The position numbers and the translations under genes were made by a program. DNA of 64,000 nt, from the NCBI GenBank assembly GCA_963719225.1, contig CAVRAY010000002.1, forward strand, positions 495,032 to 559,031. Reading direction: 5' to 3'. Source of the DNA: Thermoanaerobaculia bacterium (GTDB lineage Bacteria; Acidobacteriota; Thermoanaerobaculia; UBA5066). This document shows positions 38,299 through 51,031 of the stretch, in pieces (positions within the stretch are counted from its first letter, which is position 1; each line of letters begins with the position of its first letter). The notes under the pieces are model-generated. The model did not search any database and was not told where the DNA came from. It saw nothing but the letters and a program-made list of their open reading frames with translations.

Positions 38299-39765
38299 AT
38301 GCGATTCGTCGAGCTGCCTCCTGATGCGCCCACATTGCTTGAATCAATGCGTGCCATCGGATATTCGTTCGAGGCCGCGGTGGCCGACATCCTCGACAAC
38401 AGTCTTGCCGCCGGCGCGACCGCCATCGACATCCTCTTCGACTCAATTGGTCAGCCATATGTTGCAATACTCGATGATGGCCTTGGAATGACGGCCAAGG
38501 AGCTCCGCACAGCAATGCGTCACGGCGGCCGCAACCCGCGGGGCGTCGGGGAAGGCGTCGACCTCGGAAGGTTTGGTCTGGGGATGAAGACGGCATCTCT
38601 TTCACAATGTCGTTGTCTCACGGTTGTCTCGAAGAAGGATGGCCGTACATCGGGAGCAAGATGGGACCTCGATACAGTCGCAAGCAGGGGCAGCTGGTCT
38701 CTCGAGGAACTCGATGAAAGTGACTTGGCCACTGTCCCGGAAGTCTCACGGCTGGTCACGCTAGGCCAGGGGACACTTGTCGTCTGGCAGAGGCTGGATC
38801 GCGTCGTAGCTGGAGAGGCGTCGAGCGACCGTGCGGTCCAGGGGAAGATTGATAACGCGCGAAGGCATGTGGAACTCGTGTTCCATCGGTTCTTGGAGTC
38901 TGGCCCACACACAGTCAAGCTCCGAATCAACAATTTCGAAGTAGTGGGTCGCGATCCCTTTCTGCGCTCTCGGACCGGTACACAGGTGCTTCCTGGCGAA
39001 GCGATTCCGATTGGCGATCAACGGATCGAGGTGCAGGCCTACATCCTGCCGCACGCATCGCGGCTTACGCAGGCCGACCTGGACATCGCTGGCGGCTTCG
39101 ATGGTCTTCGACTCAGCCAGGGATTTTACGTCTACCGGAACCGCCGCCTGATCATCTGGGGCACGTGGTTCCGGTTAGCTCGCCAGGAGGAGATGGCCAA
39201 GCTCGCAAGAGTCATGGTCGACGTGCCTAGCACACTGGACAGCCTCTGGTCCCTTGACATCAAGAAGTCTGCCGCCTACCCCCCGGAATCCGTCCGGGAT
39301 GGCCTGAAACGCATCGTTGCCCGTATCGTCGATTCGAGTAGACGCGTCTATACGTTTCGAGGTCGTACCGTCAGGGAGCCCGGGATCATTCGACTGTGGG
39401 AGCGCTCTGAGGGCCGAGACGGCGCCGTTAGTTACTCGGTCAACAGAGAGAGCCCTGTCGTAGAGGCGCTTCGGTCATCGCTGCCCGCGGACCGGCGGGA
39501 TCTCTTGGAGGGGTGCCTTCAGGCTGTCGAGCGTACCTATCCCGTAGGCGCTGTATACGCGGATCTAGCTTCTGACCGCAAACTCGCTGATTCGGAGAAA
39601 CCGCAGAAGATCGAGGCAGATCTTCTGGAGATTGCCAATGAACTCCTTGATGTGCTTGGGCGAGACTCTGCCGAAGCCATCACCCTGATACAGAAGCTCC
39701 ACCTTGTCGAACCATTCGCGCTGCACCCGGCTGAAACAGAGCGGGTAAAGGAGATGCTCGGCTAG
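38299..39765 (+). CDS. GHKL (HATPase_c_3 / MORC-like) ATPase
   Basis: Track ORF, intact. N-box is AVADILDNSLAAGA, G1 is ILDDGLGM and G2 is GRFGLGMKTAS. Confidence 0.85.
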   Translation: MRFVELPPDAPTLLESMRAIGYSFEAAVADILDNSLAAGATAIDILFDSIGQPYVAILDDGLGMTAKELRTAMRHGGRNPRGVGEGVDLGRFGLGMKTASLSQCRCLTVVSKKDGRTSGARWDLDTVASRGSWSLEELDESDLATVPEVSRLVTLGQGTLVVWQRLDRVVAGEASSDRAVQGKIDNARRHVELVFHRFLESGPHTVKLRINNFEVVGRDPFLRSRTGTQVLPGEAIPIGDQRIEVQAYILPHASRLTQADLDIAGGFDGLRLSQGFYVYRNRRLIIWGTWFRLARQEEMAKLARVMVDVPSTLDSLWSLDIKKSAAYPPESVRDGLKRIVARIVDSSRRVYTFRGRTVREPGIIRLWERSEGRDGAVSYSVNRESPVVEALRSSLPADRRDLLEGCLQAVERTYPVGAVYADLASDRKLADSEKPQKIEADLLEIANELLDVLGRDSAEAITLIQKLHLVEPFALHPAETERVKEMLG

Positions 39766-42504
39766 TGCTCTCACAACGAGGAGAAAGAATCGCTACCACG
39801 GTCGCGGTCTGTGTCGGCGGGCACGTTCCCAGCGAAGAGGAGCTGCGCGACTTGGCGCAGAAGATGCGCTCGGTCCTCGCACCCGCAACCGACCCGATCT
39901 CGGACGAGGAATTCGCCGAAATCATCCGGACGCTCCATGCACGCCTAGCGGTGACCATGGACATGGGTGCGGCGCTCCAGGAAGAGGATCATCGTCCATG
40001 GCTGAATGCGCGGCGCGCGGAGATCGAGCCGTTTACTGGAAACGCTATTCCGAACTGCTCCACCAGAGGCACTGGTCGCCATCAGTGATCGGGGTGATGG
40101 ACAGGGTAACGGACGAGATTCTCGACCTCGCCGGAGATCCAAAACGGGCAACAGGATGGAAGCGACGAGGGCTGGTCATAGGCGACGTACAGTCAGGGAA
40201 AACCGCGGCGTACACAGCCCTCTGCTGCAAAGCCGCGGATGCAGGATATCGACTCGTCATTCTCCTTACTGGTACTCTCGAGAGTCTCCGGCGCCAGACC
40301 CAGCTTCGACTCGACGAGGGCTTCGTCGGGCGCGATAGTTCAGACATCCTGTCCGCAACTGCGAGGGCGAAACGAGTCGTAGGAGCTGGCGAATTTGACC
40401 AGCGGCGCTTTGCCGGAGTGTTTACATCGCGCTCGCGCGATTTCAGTCGCGTCCTTCTGACCCAGCTCGGAATTACGCTGGCATCGATCAACGAGCCCGT
40501 CCTTGTTGTCGTCAAGAAGAACAAGAAGATACTCGATAACCTCGAGGGATGGCTGCGCGGAAACAATGCGGATGCAGCTGGACAGATCCACGAGCCCCTG
40601 CTCTTGATTGACGATGAAGCGGACAATGCGTCTGTAAATACAGCGGACCCAGACAACACGCCAACAGCAATAAACGACAGTATCCGTGGGCTGATTTCAC
40701 TCTTCAGCCGAGTGGCGTATGTGGGGTTTACGGCGACTCCATTCGCCAACATCTTCATCGATCCCGACACCGCCGACGAAATGCGTGGACAGGACCTCTT
40801 CCCGCGCGACTTTATCTATGCGCTGGAACCACCCACAAACTACCTCGGACCCGCGAGACTGTTTGGAGACGAGATCGTAAATGGGCTTATATGTCCGATT
40901 AAGGACGCCGACGACTACTTTCCACGCGGTCACAAGGGAACGCTCGCGGTCGCCATACTGCCTCAGAGCCTGCGGGACGCGGTCGACCAGTTTGTCCTAG
41001 CGAATGTCATAAGGGATCTTCGTGGCGAGGGCCTGACGCATCGCTCGATGCTGATCAATGTCAGCCGATTTACAGCAGTACAGGATGGAGCAGCAGAGCG
41101 TGTCGACGAGTGCCTGAAGGCGCTCCAGCAGGATGTACGGAACTACAGCCAGCTGGATGATTCCCGCGCCCTCGCGAACCCAACCCTTGTGCGGTTGAAG
41201 AAGCGGCTTGAAACGGACTTCAAGGAAGCAGGGTGTAGATGGCCCGAGGTGTCGCGGCAGCTGCCCGCGAGTGCCCTACCTATCGTCGTAAGGGCGGTTA
41301 ATCAGCGCACGGGAGCGTCTGTTCTTGACTACGCGAGCCACGTTGATGCCGGCCTGCGGGTCATCGCGGTCGGCGGCAACAGCCTCTCGAGGGGTCTGAC
41401 GTTGGAAGGGCTCTGTACTAGCTATTTCTTCAGGAATTCCCAGATGTACGACACCCTCCTTCAAATGGGCCGGTGGTTCGGCTATCGGGACAACTACGCC
41501 GACCTCTGCAGGCTCTGGCTGACGACGGAGGCTGAAGGCTGGTATCGACACATCACCCTTGCTTCAGAGGAACTCCGCCAAGAGGTGCGCAGGATGCAGG
41601 GCCTTGGCCTGACGCCAGCGGACTTTGGCTTAAAAGTGAGGTCACATCCGGATGCGTTGATTGTCACGGCCCGGAACAAGATGCGTGCTGCTAAGGAAGT
41701 GATTCGTCAGATTTCATTCAGCGGAGAGGCACCGGAGACGACGCGCCTGAGTCGAGATATCTCGACAATCCGGCGGAACTACCGGGCCGTCGTGCGGCTA
41801 GTCGGCGAAATAAGGGCGGCGGGCCTAAGTGCTACGCAATCGGAATGGGGTACGACATACATCTGGCGGGGCGTGCCGAAAGAAGCAGTCGGAAGGTTCC
41901 TAGCCGCCTTTCAGAGCGATCCACGGACGTTTACGTTCTTCAGTCCCGAAGATGAGGGGGCTGGCTCGGGCCTCGCGAAGTTCGTCCGCGAAACCACCGA
42001 TCCGACGCTCCAGCAGTGGGACGTTGCGATGCCTTCCGGCGAAGAGGATGAGATCAGTCTTCCGACGCTCGAACCTGCAGATCGCCCGAGAAGACGGAAC
42101 GTGGCTCTTCCGATACAACCACAATGCTCGTGTCGGGCAGGAATGCCCGCGTAGGCTCACGTGGAGATGAGAGGCAAGGGCTAACGCCAGAGGAGGCCGA
42201 GGCAACCGAGCGCCAGTTCCGTGCGGCGAACCCCGACAAGAAGGAAGTCCCTGACCGTGCCTATAGAACCGTACGCAAGCGGCCTCTACTGCTCCTGCAC
42301 GTGATCAAGCCTCGGGTGGATGGCGTTGAACTTTCCTTAGGCGTAGAAGAGCCGGTCGTGGCACTTGGCCTAAGTTTCCCGCCGTTCGACGACGAGGATG
42401 TAGCCAAGCGCGTCGCCTATCAGGTCAACAAGGTCGAATACCGAAGTCTCTTCGAGGCCGAGGCGGACGACGAAATCGAGACCAGTGATGCCGACCCGGA
42501 TTGA
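39765..42504 (+). pseudogene. Z1-domain P-loop NTPase/helicase-like protein, three frame breaks
   Basis: Track ORFs 39765..40088, 39998..42154, 41952..42170 and 42124..42504 join. Walker A is GDVQSGKTAAYT and Walker B is LLLIDDEADNAS; also LSRGLTLEGL and RVGSRGDERQGL. Breaks lie near 40033, 42072 and 42122. The start overlaps the ATPase stop. Confidence 0.8.
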
Positions 42505-43424
42505 ACCGCTTTGGCGGGAACTCCTGCAGGCCGGTGAGTGCCCGGCGCACCTCCGCGTGAGCGCGAGCCACCCGTTGGATTTGTATGCGGAGGTAGCAGA
42601 GGGTGGCCAGCTCGGACTGCTGGCTGTTGTCGAAGAAGAGCCACCAGCAGCGCCGACCTTCGGGTCAATTGCAGTTCAGATCAACCGGCGAGCGGACGCT
42701 CGTTGGGCCATTTCAATTCTCTTGCAGCGCCCCGACCTGCGATCTCTGTTTGCAACCCTCTGCGATGACATCATCGAAGCCGGGGGCGGTCTGCCCCCGA
42801 ACAGATGCCGGTAGGTTCGTCCTGACTCGGCTGGAGCGATGGCGCAGGCTTACAGAGAAAGGCTCCAGCGGGCTGTTGAGCGATTCAGAGCAGAGGGGGC
42901 TGGCCGGGGAGCTGGTCTTCCTGGAAAAGGCAATCCAGCGTTTTGGCCCACGAATCGCGGTGGAAGGTTGGGTGGGGCCACTCGATGCCGCACGCGATTT
43001 CGACCTTCCGGAAGAGTTATCCGAGGTCAAGACGATATCTCCGGGCAGCTTGACCGTACAGATCAGCTCCCTGGAGCAGCTCGAAGGAGAGCCATACCTC
43101 GTCGTGTATGAACTAGCTCACGTTCAATCTCAAGGAACGGGGACGTTCTCACTCCCAGATGCAGTTACGGGGGTGAGAAAGGCAATAGAAGGCGATGACG
43201 CTGCAGCGGAGGAGTTCGAGCGCAGGCTGCGACTAGCTGGTTACGAGCCCCGCAAAGAATACGAGACGATTCACTTTCGGCTTCTCGACAGCTATGTCTT
43301 CAAAGTCGCACAGGCCTTCCCCCGCCTGGTGCGCAGTGCTGTTAGTAAAGGCGTCGTCGAGGCCAAGTATTCACTCTACCTACCTGATCTGAAGCAGTTT
43401 CGCTATGGCGGGACGGGCGAATGA
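42485..43424 (+). pseudogene. PD-(D/E)XK-motif protein of the Z1/AIPR cluster, one frame break
   Basis: Track ORFs 42485..42814 and 42603..43424 join near 42785, inside a G5/C5 run. The candidate catalytic segment is GELVFLEKA..ARDFDLPEELSEVKT. Confidence 0.7.
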
Positions 43425-45490
43425 GCGAAGAACTCTCCGCGTTCCGTGCCGAACTGCTCGCCGAGGTCAAAACTCTAGCGAGCGCTGACGGCAATTTCAT
43501 GCACACGGCGTTCGTCGAGCGTGCGGGCGAGCTGCTTGAAGAAGCCGAAGAGATCTTCGATTTTGCGTCGTGCTATTACCGCGGTACGGGCTCGCGGCAC
43601 AGAAGCTCCGGCGTCGATGGCTACGCGTTCGATGACGCGGACGAATCTCTCCGCTGTGTAATAGCGGAATTCTCGGGTGGCCCGGAACTTCCGACCCTGA
43701 ACCAGACTACCGCTCGTGGGATGTTTGGACGTGCACAGACTTTCGTCGAGGATTCACTCTCCGGCCGGAACCACGCACAGCTTGAAGAGAGCACACCAGC
43801 CTACGATCTGGCCCGTGAGATTCAGCGCAGGGCAACGGGGGTATCAAAGTGCCGGTTCTTCCTCGTCACCGACTCGGTACTGAGTGAGCGGGTTCGTGAT
43901 TGGCCGGAGGCAGAAGTCGCCGGAATGCGGGCCGAGTTTCACATCTGGGACGTGTCACGGTTCCATCGCCTGCGCCTCTCCAAGACCGGCCGGGATGAGC
44001 TCTACGTTGACTTCAGAGAGTCGGTTCCGGGAGGCGTTCCCGGAATCCAGGCGAGCATGGCAACAACGGAGTACGCCGCCTATCTGTGCGTCCTGCCTGG
44101 GCGCGCTCTAGCCGATATCTACGATAAGTACGGTAGTCGACTACTGGAAGGCAATGTTCGCTCGTTCCTGAGCGCGACGGGCAAGATCAATAAAGGTATC
44201 CGGGCGACGATTCTGAAGGAGCCCGGAATGTTCTTTGCCTATAACAACGGTATCGCCTGCACTGCATCAGCCCTTACGCTGAACGAAGAGTCCGGCGCGC
44301 TGAGAATCGAGGGTGCAAAGGACTTTCAGATAGTCAATGGCGGGCAGACAACAGCCTCCCTAGCCAACGCACGCCGTCGCGATGGCGCATCGCTGGATGG
44401 CACGTTTGTTCAAATGAAACTCTCCGTCATCGACAACGAAACCTCGGGCGCCATTATCCCGCGGATATCACGGTACGCCAACTCCCAGAACCGAGTGTCG
44501 GACGCTGATTTCTTCTCAAACCATGACTATCACAGGCTCTTGGAGTCGATATCCCGGCGGTTGCGTGCACCTGCGAGGGCCGGAGCGCAGATTGAAACGT
44601 TCTGGTTCTACGAACGGGCTAGGGGCAGTACGCCTCCGAGTTAGCCGCTTGACGGCGGCACAGCGGCGGCGATTCGAATTGGACCATCCTCGCACTCAGG
44701 TTATTACGAAGACGGATCTGGCGAAGGTGGAGAACGCGTGGCGACTGCTACCACATGAGGTAAGTAAGGGGGCCCAGAAGAACTCTCCTGGAAGTTCGCT
44801 GAGTTCGTGACCGAAGAGTGGGACCGCAAGTCAGATCAATTCAGCGATGAGTACTTTCGTGCAGTAGTCGCGCATTCAATTGTCTGGCGGCGTCTTGAGG
44901 CGATTGTGCCGAAGCAGCCGTGGTACGGGGGTGGATATCGCGCGAACATCGTTGCATTTGCCTTCGCCCGCCTGGCGCGTCTGATTCAGGAGGAAATGGA
45001 CGGAAGCGCGCTAAACGTGCCCGCGATATGGCGTGGCCAGGCAGTCTCTCCGACCTTTGAGGCACAGCTAGTCGCCATTGCAAAAGCGGTGTTTGACGTT
45101 ATCGTCGCCCCGGAGGCAGGCATACAGAACGTCACGGAGTGGTGCAAGAAAGAGCTATGTACGCAACGCGCTCTCGCGGTGCCCGTTGACGTGGTTGCGG
45201 GCTTCGAGGATGAACTGGCTGAGGGTGATGAGGAACGTGCGCGGCTTCGAGAGGGACGGGAGGGAGCGCGCATTGCGGCAGGCCTGGAGGCGACCACGGC
45301 GGTCCTTGAATACGGCGCGGAAAACTGGCGGCGGGTACGCGACTGGGCTAGGGGGAAAAGTTCGGTCAGCCCAGTAGAAGACCGGCTCCTTAGCCTTGTA
45401 TGTGGTGCGGGGCGTATCCCGAACCCCCGTCAAAGCGGCGAGCTTCTGGGGATTCTGAGCCGGTTGGAGGGCGAGGGATTCAGCCGGTGA
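43421..45490 (+). pseudogene. AIPR (abortive-infection phage-resistance) family protein, about three frame breaks
   Basis: Track ORFs 43421..44644, 44523..44810 and 44807..45490 join. Motifs are FFAYNNGIACTA, IVNGGQTTASL and ANSQNRVSDADFFSN. Breaks lie near 44618, 44640 and 44782. Confidence 0.8.
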
Positions 45491-45632
45491 TTTGGGGCAA
45501 GGATCTACACTCTCGGCGAAACGTCCCTCGCCAGCGACGCAAGTCGTTGAATGGCAGCTGGATAGAGCCTTGGTGGCCTGGCACAGGACTAGGAAACACC
45601 CCGGGGCAACACGCGGAATGATCGAGGTGGAG

Positions 45633-45820
45633 ATGCGGCAGCCCACGTACTGGCTTGATCTCTTCACTGGAGCAACGTGGAAGGAATTCCTCGACGCCGG
45701 CGCCGCGGTCTCTGGGTTCCGCGAGAGGCGGTGGACAACCGTTCAGAAGATCAAGCCGGGAGATTTTCTACTCTGCTACCTCACCGGGCTGTCCCGGTTC
45801 ATCGCTGTTCCAACACTTGA
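45633..45820 (+). pseudogene. 5' part of an EVE(PUA-like)-domain nuclease gene, interrupted by IS3-family DNA
   Basis: MRQPTYWLDLFTGATWKEFLDAGAAVSGFRERRWTTVQKIKPGDFLLCYLTGLSRFIAV(PT) within track ORF 45492..45986. The sequence then switches to the IS. Confidence 0.6.
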
Positions 45821-45832
45821 GAGGATGGAGCC

Positions 45833-47947
<2,115 letters not shown>

Positions 47948-48034
47948 TTCTACGCGACGAGGGCCCAAGACCCTGGCATAAGATAGGCGGCGCCCTGAGG
48001 CAGAAGCACCAGAAGACGAAGAAAGAGGGGCCTC

Positions 48035-48760
48035 GTGGCTAACTTCTTCGAGGACGAGAAGAAGTATCCGGACAACAAACCTCGGGAGAACTTCATCTTT
48101 CTCGGATACCCGTTCGAACCGCCGCTCCCCTTGGACGATTATCGGAAGGCGGTCAAGGAGCTTCAGGCAGAACTGCCGCTTCGGTTCTGGTACTTTCTCG
48201 ACGAGATCACGACCGCCGAGATGATGCGAAAGATCTGGCGCGCAATCCTCCGCTCCGATCTTGCGGTATTCGATATCTCGCGCGGGAACCCGAATGTCGC
48301 ACTCGAGCTCGGTCTCGCCTTAGGAGTGAATAAGACGTGCATGACGATCCTGAAGACCGGAGAAGCTAATCCGCTCGGGAGGGCCGACCTCGGCTATGCG
48401 GAACGGGCGGAATACCAGTCGGTAACGACCCTGAAGGACACCCTACGACGACTCGCGGTAGCGAAGTCCTCGGGCCTCCGGAAGATCCGCGATATCTCCT
48501 ACCGATTGCACGACCCGGCTCAAGGTACTCGCGAGGATCTGGAGAAGCAGATTGCGCAGGTGCTCCACACTGTGTTTGTCTCGAAGAAAGTGACGAAGGC
48601 ACACGCGGAGAAGACCCTTGGCCAGCGGAGAGCCGCTGACTCGGTCTTGGACACACTCCGAGAGAACGGCGTCCTCCAGATCGAGGGGCAAAAGGGCGGC
48701 GCAAAGTGGGTCTTCACCGACGCGTGGGTTCACGGCGATCACGAAGTCGCCGGAGAATAG
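48035..48760 (+). CDS. Nucleoside-2-deoxyribosyltransferase/TIR-like (flavodoxin-fold) domain fused to a C-terminal winged-helix-like domain
   Basis: Track ORF with GTG start. IFLGYPFE...IWRAILRSDLAVFDISRGNPNVALELGLALGVNKTCMTIL follows the NDT/TIR-like pattern: strand-1 G-x-P-F, then an acidic/ELG motif. The tail ADSVLDTLRENGVLQIEGQKGGAKWVF is wHTH-like. The assignment rests on pattern only. Confidence 0.45.
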   Translation: MANFFEDEKKYPDNKPRENFIFLGYPFEPPLPLDDYRKAVKELQAELPLRFWYFLDEITTAEMMRKIWRAILRSDLAVFDISRGNPNVALELGLALGVNKTCMTILKTGEANPLGRADLGYAERAEYQSVTTLKDTLRRLAVAKSSGLRKIRDISYRLHDPAQGTREDLEKQIAQVLHTVFVSKKVTKAHAEKTLGQRRAADSVLDTLRENGVLQIEGQKGGAKWVFTDAWVHGDHEVAGE

Positions 48761-48855
48761 AATCGACCTGCTCCCCGAGGATGGGCCACTCAGGATGTGA
48801 GAGCTCGCCCCCCCGGTGAGCCGCCGCTGCTTCGGCGCGGGGGTCAGCGAAAGAA

Positions 48856-49245
48856 TCATGCCTGTTGTCGCCGGATCGGGAATGAAAACAGGTAGTCATC
48901 GTTGCCTTCACGCCAAAGCCCGATGGCGATGTCTCCCAAGGGCGCCCATCGGGCGATTACTCCAGTATCAGCGTCCTGTCCCGCAAAGAAGCCCTCGCGA
49001 GTCCGTGTTCCGTTGATCAGGAACCCGTCGTGGCTGCGTTTGCCCGTCGAGAGGTTTATCCCATACCACTCAGGATCGTCAGGAACATAGAGAACCGTTG
49101 TGTCAGCGTCGACCGTCCTGATCTCGATGGTCACATGACTGTCTGAATCGCACGATATGAAGTGAGCCGTCGTGGTGTAGCCTCGCGATTCGGCATGAAG
49201 GCGTTGGTGTCGCTTGCCTCTATTGGGTGCCGGCGAAGTCTTCAC
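48856..49245 (-). CDS. Hypothetical protein (129 aa)
   Basis: Distal part of track ORF 48856..49674(-). The start was chosen at GTG 49245, preceded by GGAG 6 nt upstream. The non-Arg-rich sequence YTTTAHFISCDSDSHVTIEIRTVDADTTVLYVPDDPEWYGINL contrasts with the upstream read-through. I recognise no family. Confidence 0.35.
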   Translation of the reverse strand: MKTSPAPNRGKRHQRLHAESRGYTTTAHFISCDSDSHVTIEIRTVDADTTVLYVPDDPEWYGINLSTGKRSHDGFLINGTRTREGFFAGQDADTGVIARWAPLGDIAIGLWREGNDDYLFSFPIRRQQA

Positions 49246-49436
49246 TTGGCGCTCCGCGATGCGGCGCGCTCGCGATGAAGGACGTGTCCTCCTGAGGGCG
49301 GGCACCAGTGTTTCATGCAGGGCCCCTCTTATATCTAACGATACCGAGTTCACCGGGGAGCGCAAGTAGAGTGAACTGCGGGGGTGCACTCCGCAAGGCC
49401 GAGGCGGAGGTTGGGGCCAGAAGGCATAGGCCGCCG

Positions 49437-50262
49437 CGCGTCTGAACAAGTCACAGCCGGCCGTGACGATGACGGTGAAGGCTCTGGAGCGGGAGATGGG
49501 TGTGCCCCTCTTTGCGCGGGAGGGCCGCGGAAAGAGGCTGACGGCGGCGGGAGCGAGGCTGGCCGCGAAGGCCGCGGGCATCCTGGAGGGCGCGCGGCGA
49601 TTGAAGGAGGATGTCGCCGGAGAGCCGGAGGTGCCCCGGGGGCCCGTGCGGGTGGGGGCCGGGGAGGCCGCCATCGTCTACTTCCTGCTTCCGCTTCTTC
49701 GAAGGATTCGCGAGGCGTACCCGTCCCTGGCTCTCGAGGTGCGAAACCAGCGCGACATGGAGTCGTTCGATCAGTTGCTCGCGGGCGAGCTGGACCTGGC
49801 GGTTCGGTCCCGGGAGGCGCTGCCGCACGGTTTGAGGTTCGAGCCGCTGTTCGCGTCGGATCGAATGCTGATCGTGCCGCGTGGTCACGAGCTGGCGGGG
49901 AAGAAGCGCCCGACGCTCAGAGACCTCGCTCGCCATGCGTTCGTGATCCCCCCGGCGGGTTCGACGTCGCGCCGCCTGATCGAGGCCGCGTTCCTGCGGG
50001 CCGGCCTGAGGCTGGAGATCGCGATGGAGGCGGGAGGCTGGGAGATCGTGAAGCGCCTGGTGCGGGCAGGGGTGGGCGTGGCGGTGGTTCCTCGATTCTG
50101 TTGGAGGCTCCTGATCTCAGGAGCGGTGGCGATTCCGGCGGGGCATCTCTTCCCTCCGGATGTCCATGGGCTGGTGACGCGGGAGGGCACCGGCGCCTCA
50201 TCCGCAACGGCCGCCGTGACGCGGGTGCTGGAGGAGGCGGGGAGGAGGGTGGGGTAGGGGGG
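49437..50262 (+). repeat. LysR-type regulator gene fragment, copy A (longest; lacks only the first part of the HTH)
   Basis: It reads AAARLNKSQPAVTMTVKALEREMGVPLFAREGRGKRLTAAGARL...RVLEEAGRRVG* (track ORF 49463..50257), with an in-frame TAG immediately upstream. It ends in GGGTGGGGTAGGGGGG. Confidence 0.85.
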
Positions 50263-50263
50263 C

Positions 50264-50301
50264 TTTACATGACTTGCGAGTATACGCAGAATGCGTATAC
50301 T
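50264..50301 (+). promoter_or_regulatory. Sigma-70-like promoter overlapped by a palindromic operator for higB2/higA2
   Basis: TTTACA (50264-50269), a 17-nt spacer, then CAGAAT (50287-50292). The inverted repeat is AGTATACGC (50279-50287) / GCGTATACT (50293-50301) with a 5-nt spacer. Confidence 0.45.
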
Positions 50302-50652
50302 TTCAGGCGTGAAAGGCGTGTTCGTCGAGCTGCCCGCCTTCGAACGACATCGGACGAATTACCTCGATGACGAGGCGTTCCGGAGCCTCCAGAGCCTTCT
50401 CATGAAGGATCCGTCGGCGGGCGACCCGATCCCGGGGACCGGAGGCCTGCGAAAACTTCGCTTCGCCGATGTGCGGCGGGGAAAAGGAAGCGAGGCGGGC
50501 TCAGGGTGATCTATTACTGGTGGCAGGCCGGGCTGCAGTTCTGGCTCTTCACCATCTACGCCAAGGACGAGATGTCGGACTTGACCGCGGCCCAGCGCGA
50601 AGCGCTGAAGAGAATGATCAAGGCGGAACTGGAAGCAAGGAGAACGTCATGA
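50291..50652 (+). pseudogene. HigB-2-type (RelE/ParE superfamily) toxin, one frame break
   Basis: Track ORF 50291..50509 (..VFVELPAFERHRTNYLDDEAFRSLQSLLMKDPSAGDPIPGTGGLRKLRFADVRRGKG) continues one frame over as KRGGLRVIYYWWQAGLQFWLFTIYAKDEMSDLTAAQREALKRMIKAE. It closely follows the Vibrio HigB-2 pattern. The break is near 50487. The true start is probably GTG 50309 or 50318. Confidence 0.75.
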
Positions 50653-50996
50653 AGATCGAAGGCGGAGGCAGGCGGGCGCGTTCGGGCAAGCGCGACCTGT
50701 TCGTCGAGCTGAGCGAGGGAGTCGCCGCTCTCACCGAAGCGCGTGAGGGGAAGCGGACGCTGCGATCTCACACGGTCGAGTACAAGCCGGCGCCAAAGGT
50801 GACACCACAGGAGTTGATTCGCGTTCGCGAGCACCTGAACCTGTCGCGCGCCCTCTTTGCCGTCTATCTGCGGACCAACGTGCGAACTCTGGAGAACTGG
50901 GAGCAGGGCCGCGCCAAGCCGAATGCGCAGGCGGCTCTTCTGATCAACCTGGTCAAGAAGTACCCGGACACGGTCGAGCGGCTCGCAGCGATCTGA
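50649..50996 (+). CDS. HTH antitoxin (HigA-2-like)
   Basis: In-frame part of track ORF 50469..50996, from an ATG overlapping the toxin stop (ATGA). HTH is LNLSRALFAVYLRTNVRTLENWEQGRAKPNAQAALLINLV. Confidence 0.8.
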   Translation: MKIEGGGRRARSGKRDLFVELSEGVAALTEAREGKRTLRSHTVEYKPAPKVTPQELIRVREHLNLSRALFAVYLRTNVRTLENWEQGRAKPNAQAALLINLVKKYPDTVERLAAI

Positions 50997-51031
50997 TCAG
51001 GAGCCTTAGCCGGTAAGCTTGACCCTGGGCA

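Noticed and set aside
49384-50370. 328-aa Gly/Arg-rich ORF and similar ORFs over each LysR copy (e.g. 58092..58676, 61920..62615)
   Set aside because: These are off-frame translations of the LysR-derived repeat. The LysR frame itself gives a clean HTH plus substrate-binding-domain sequence.
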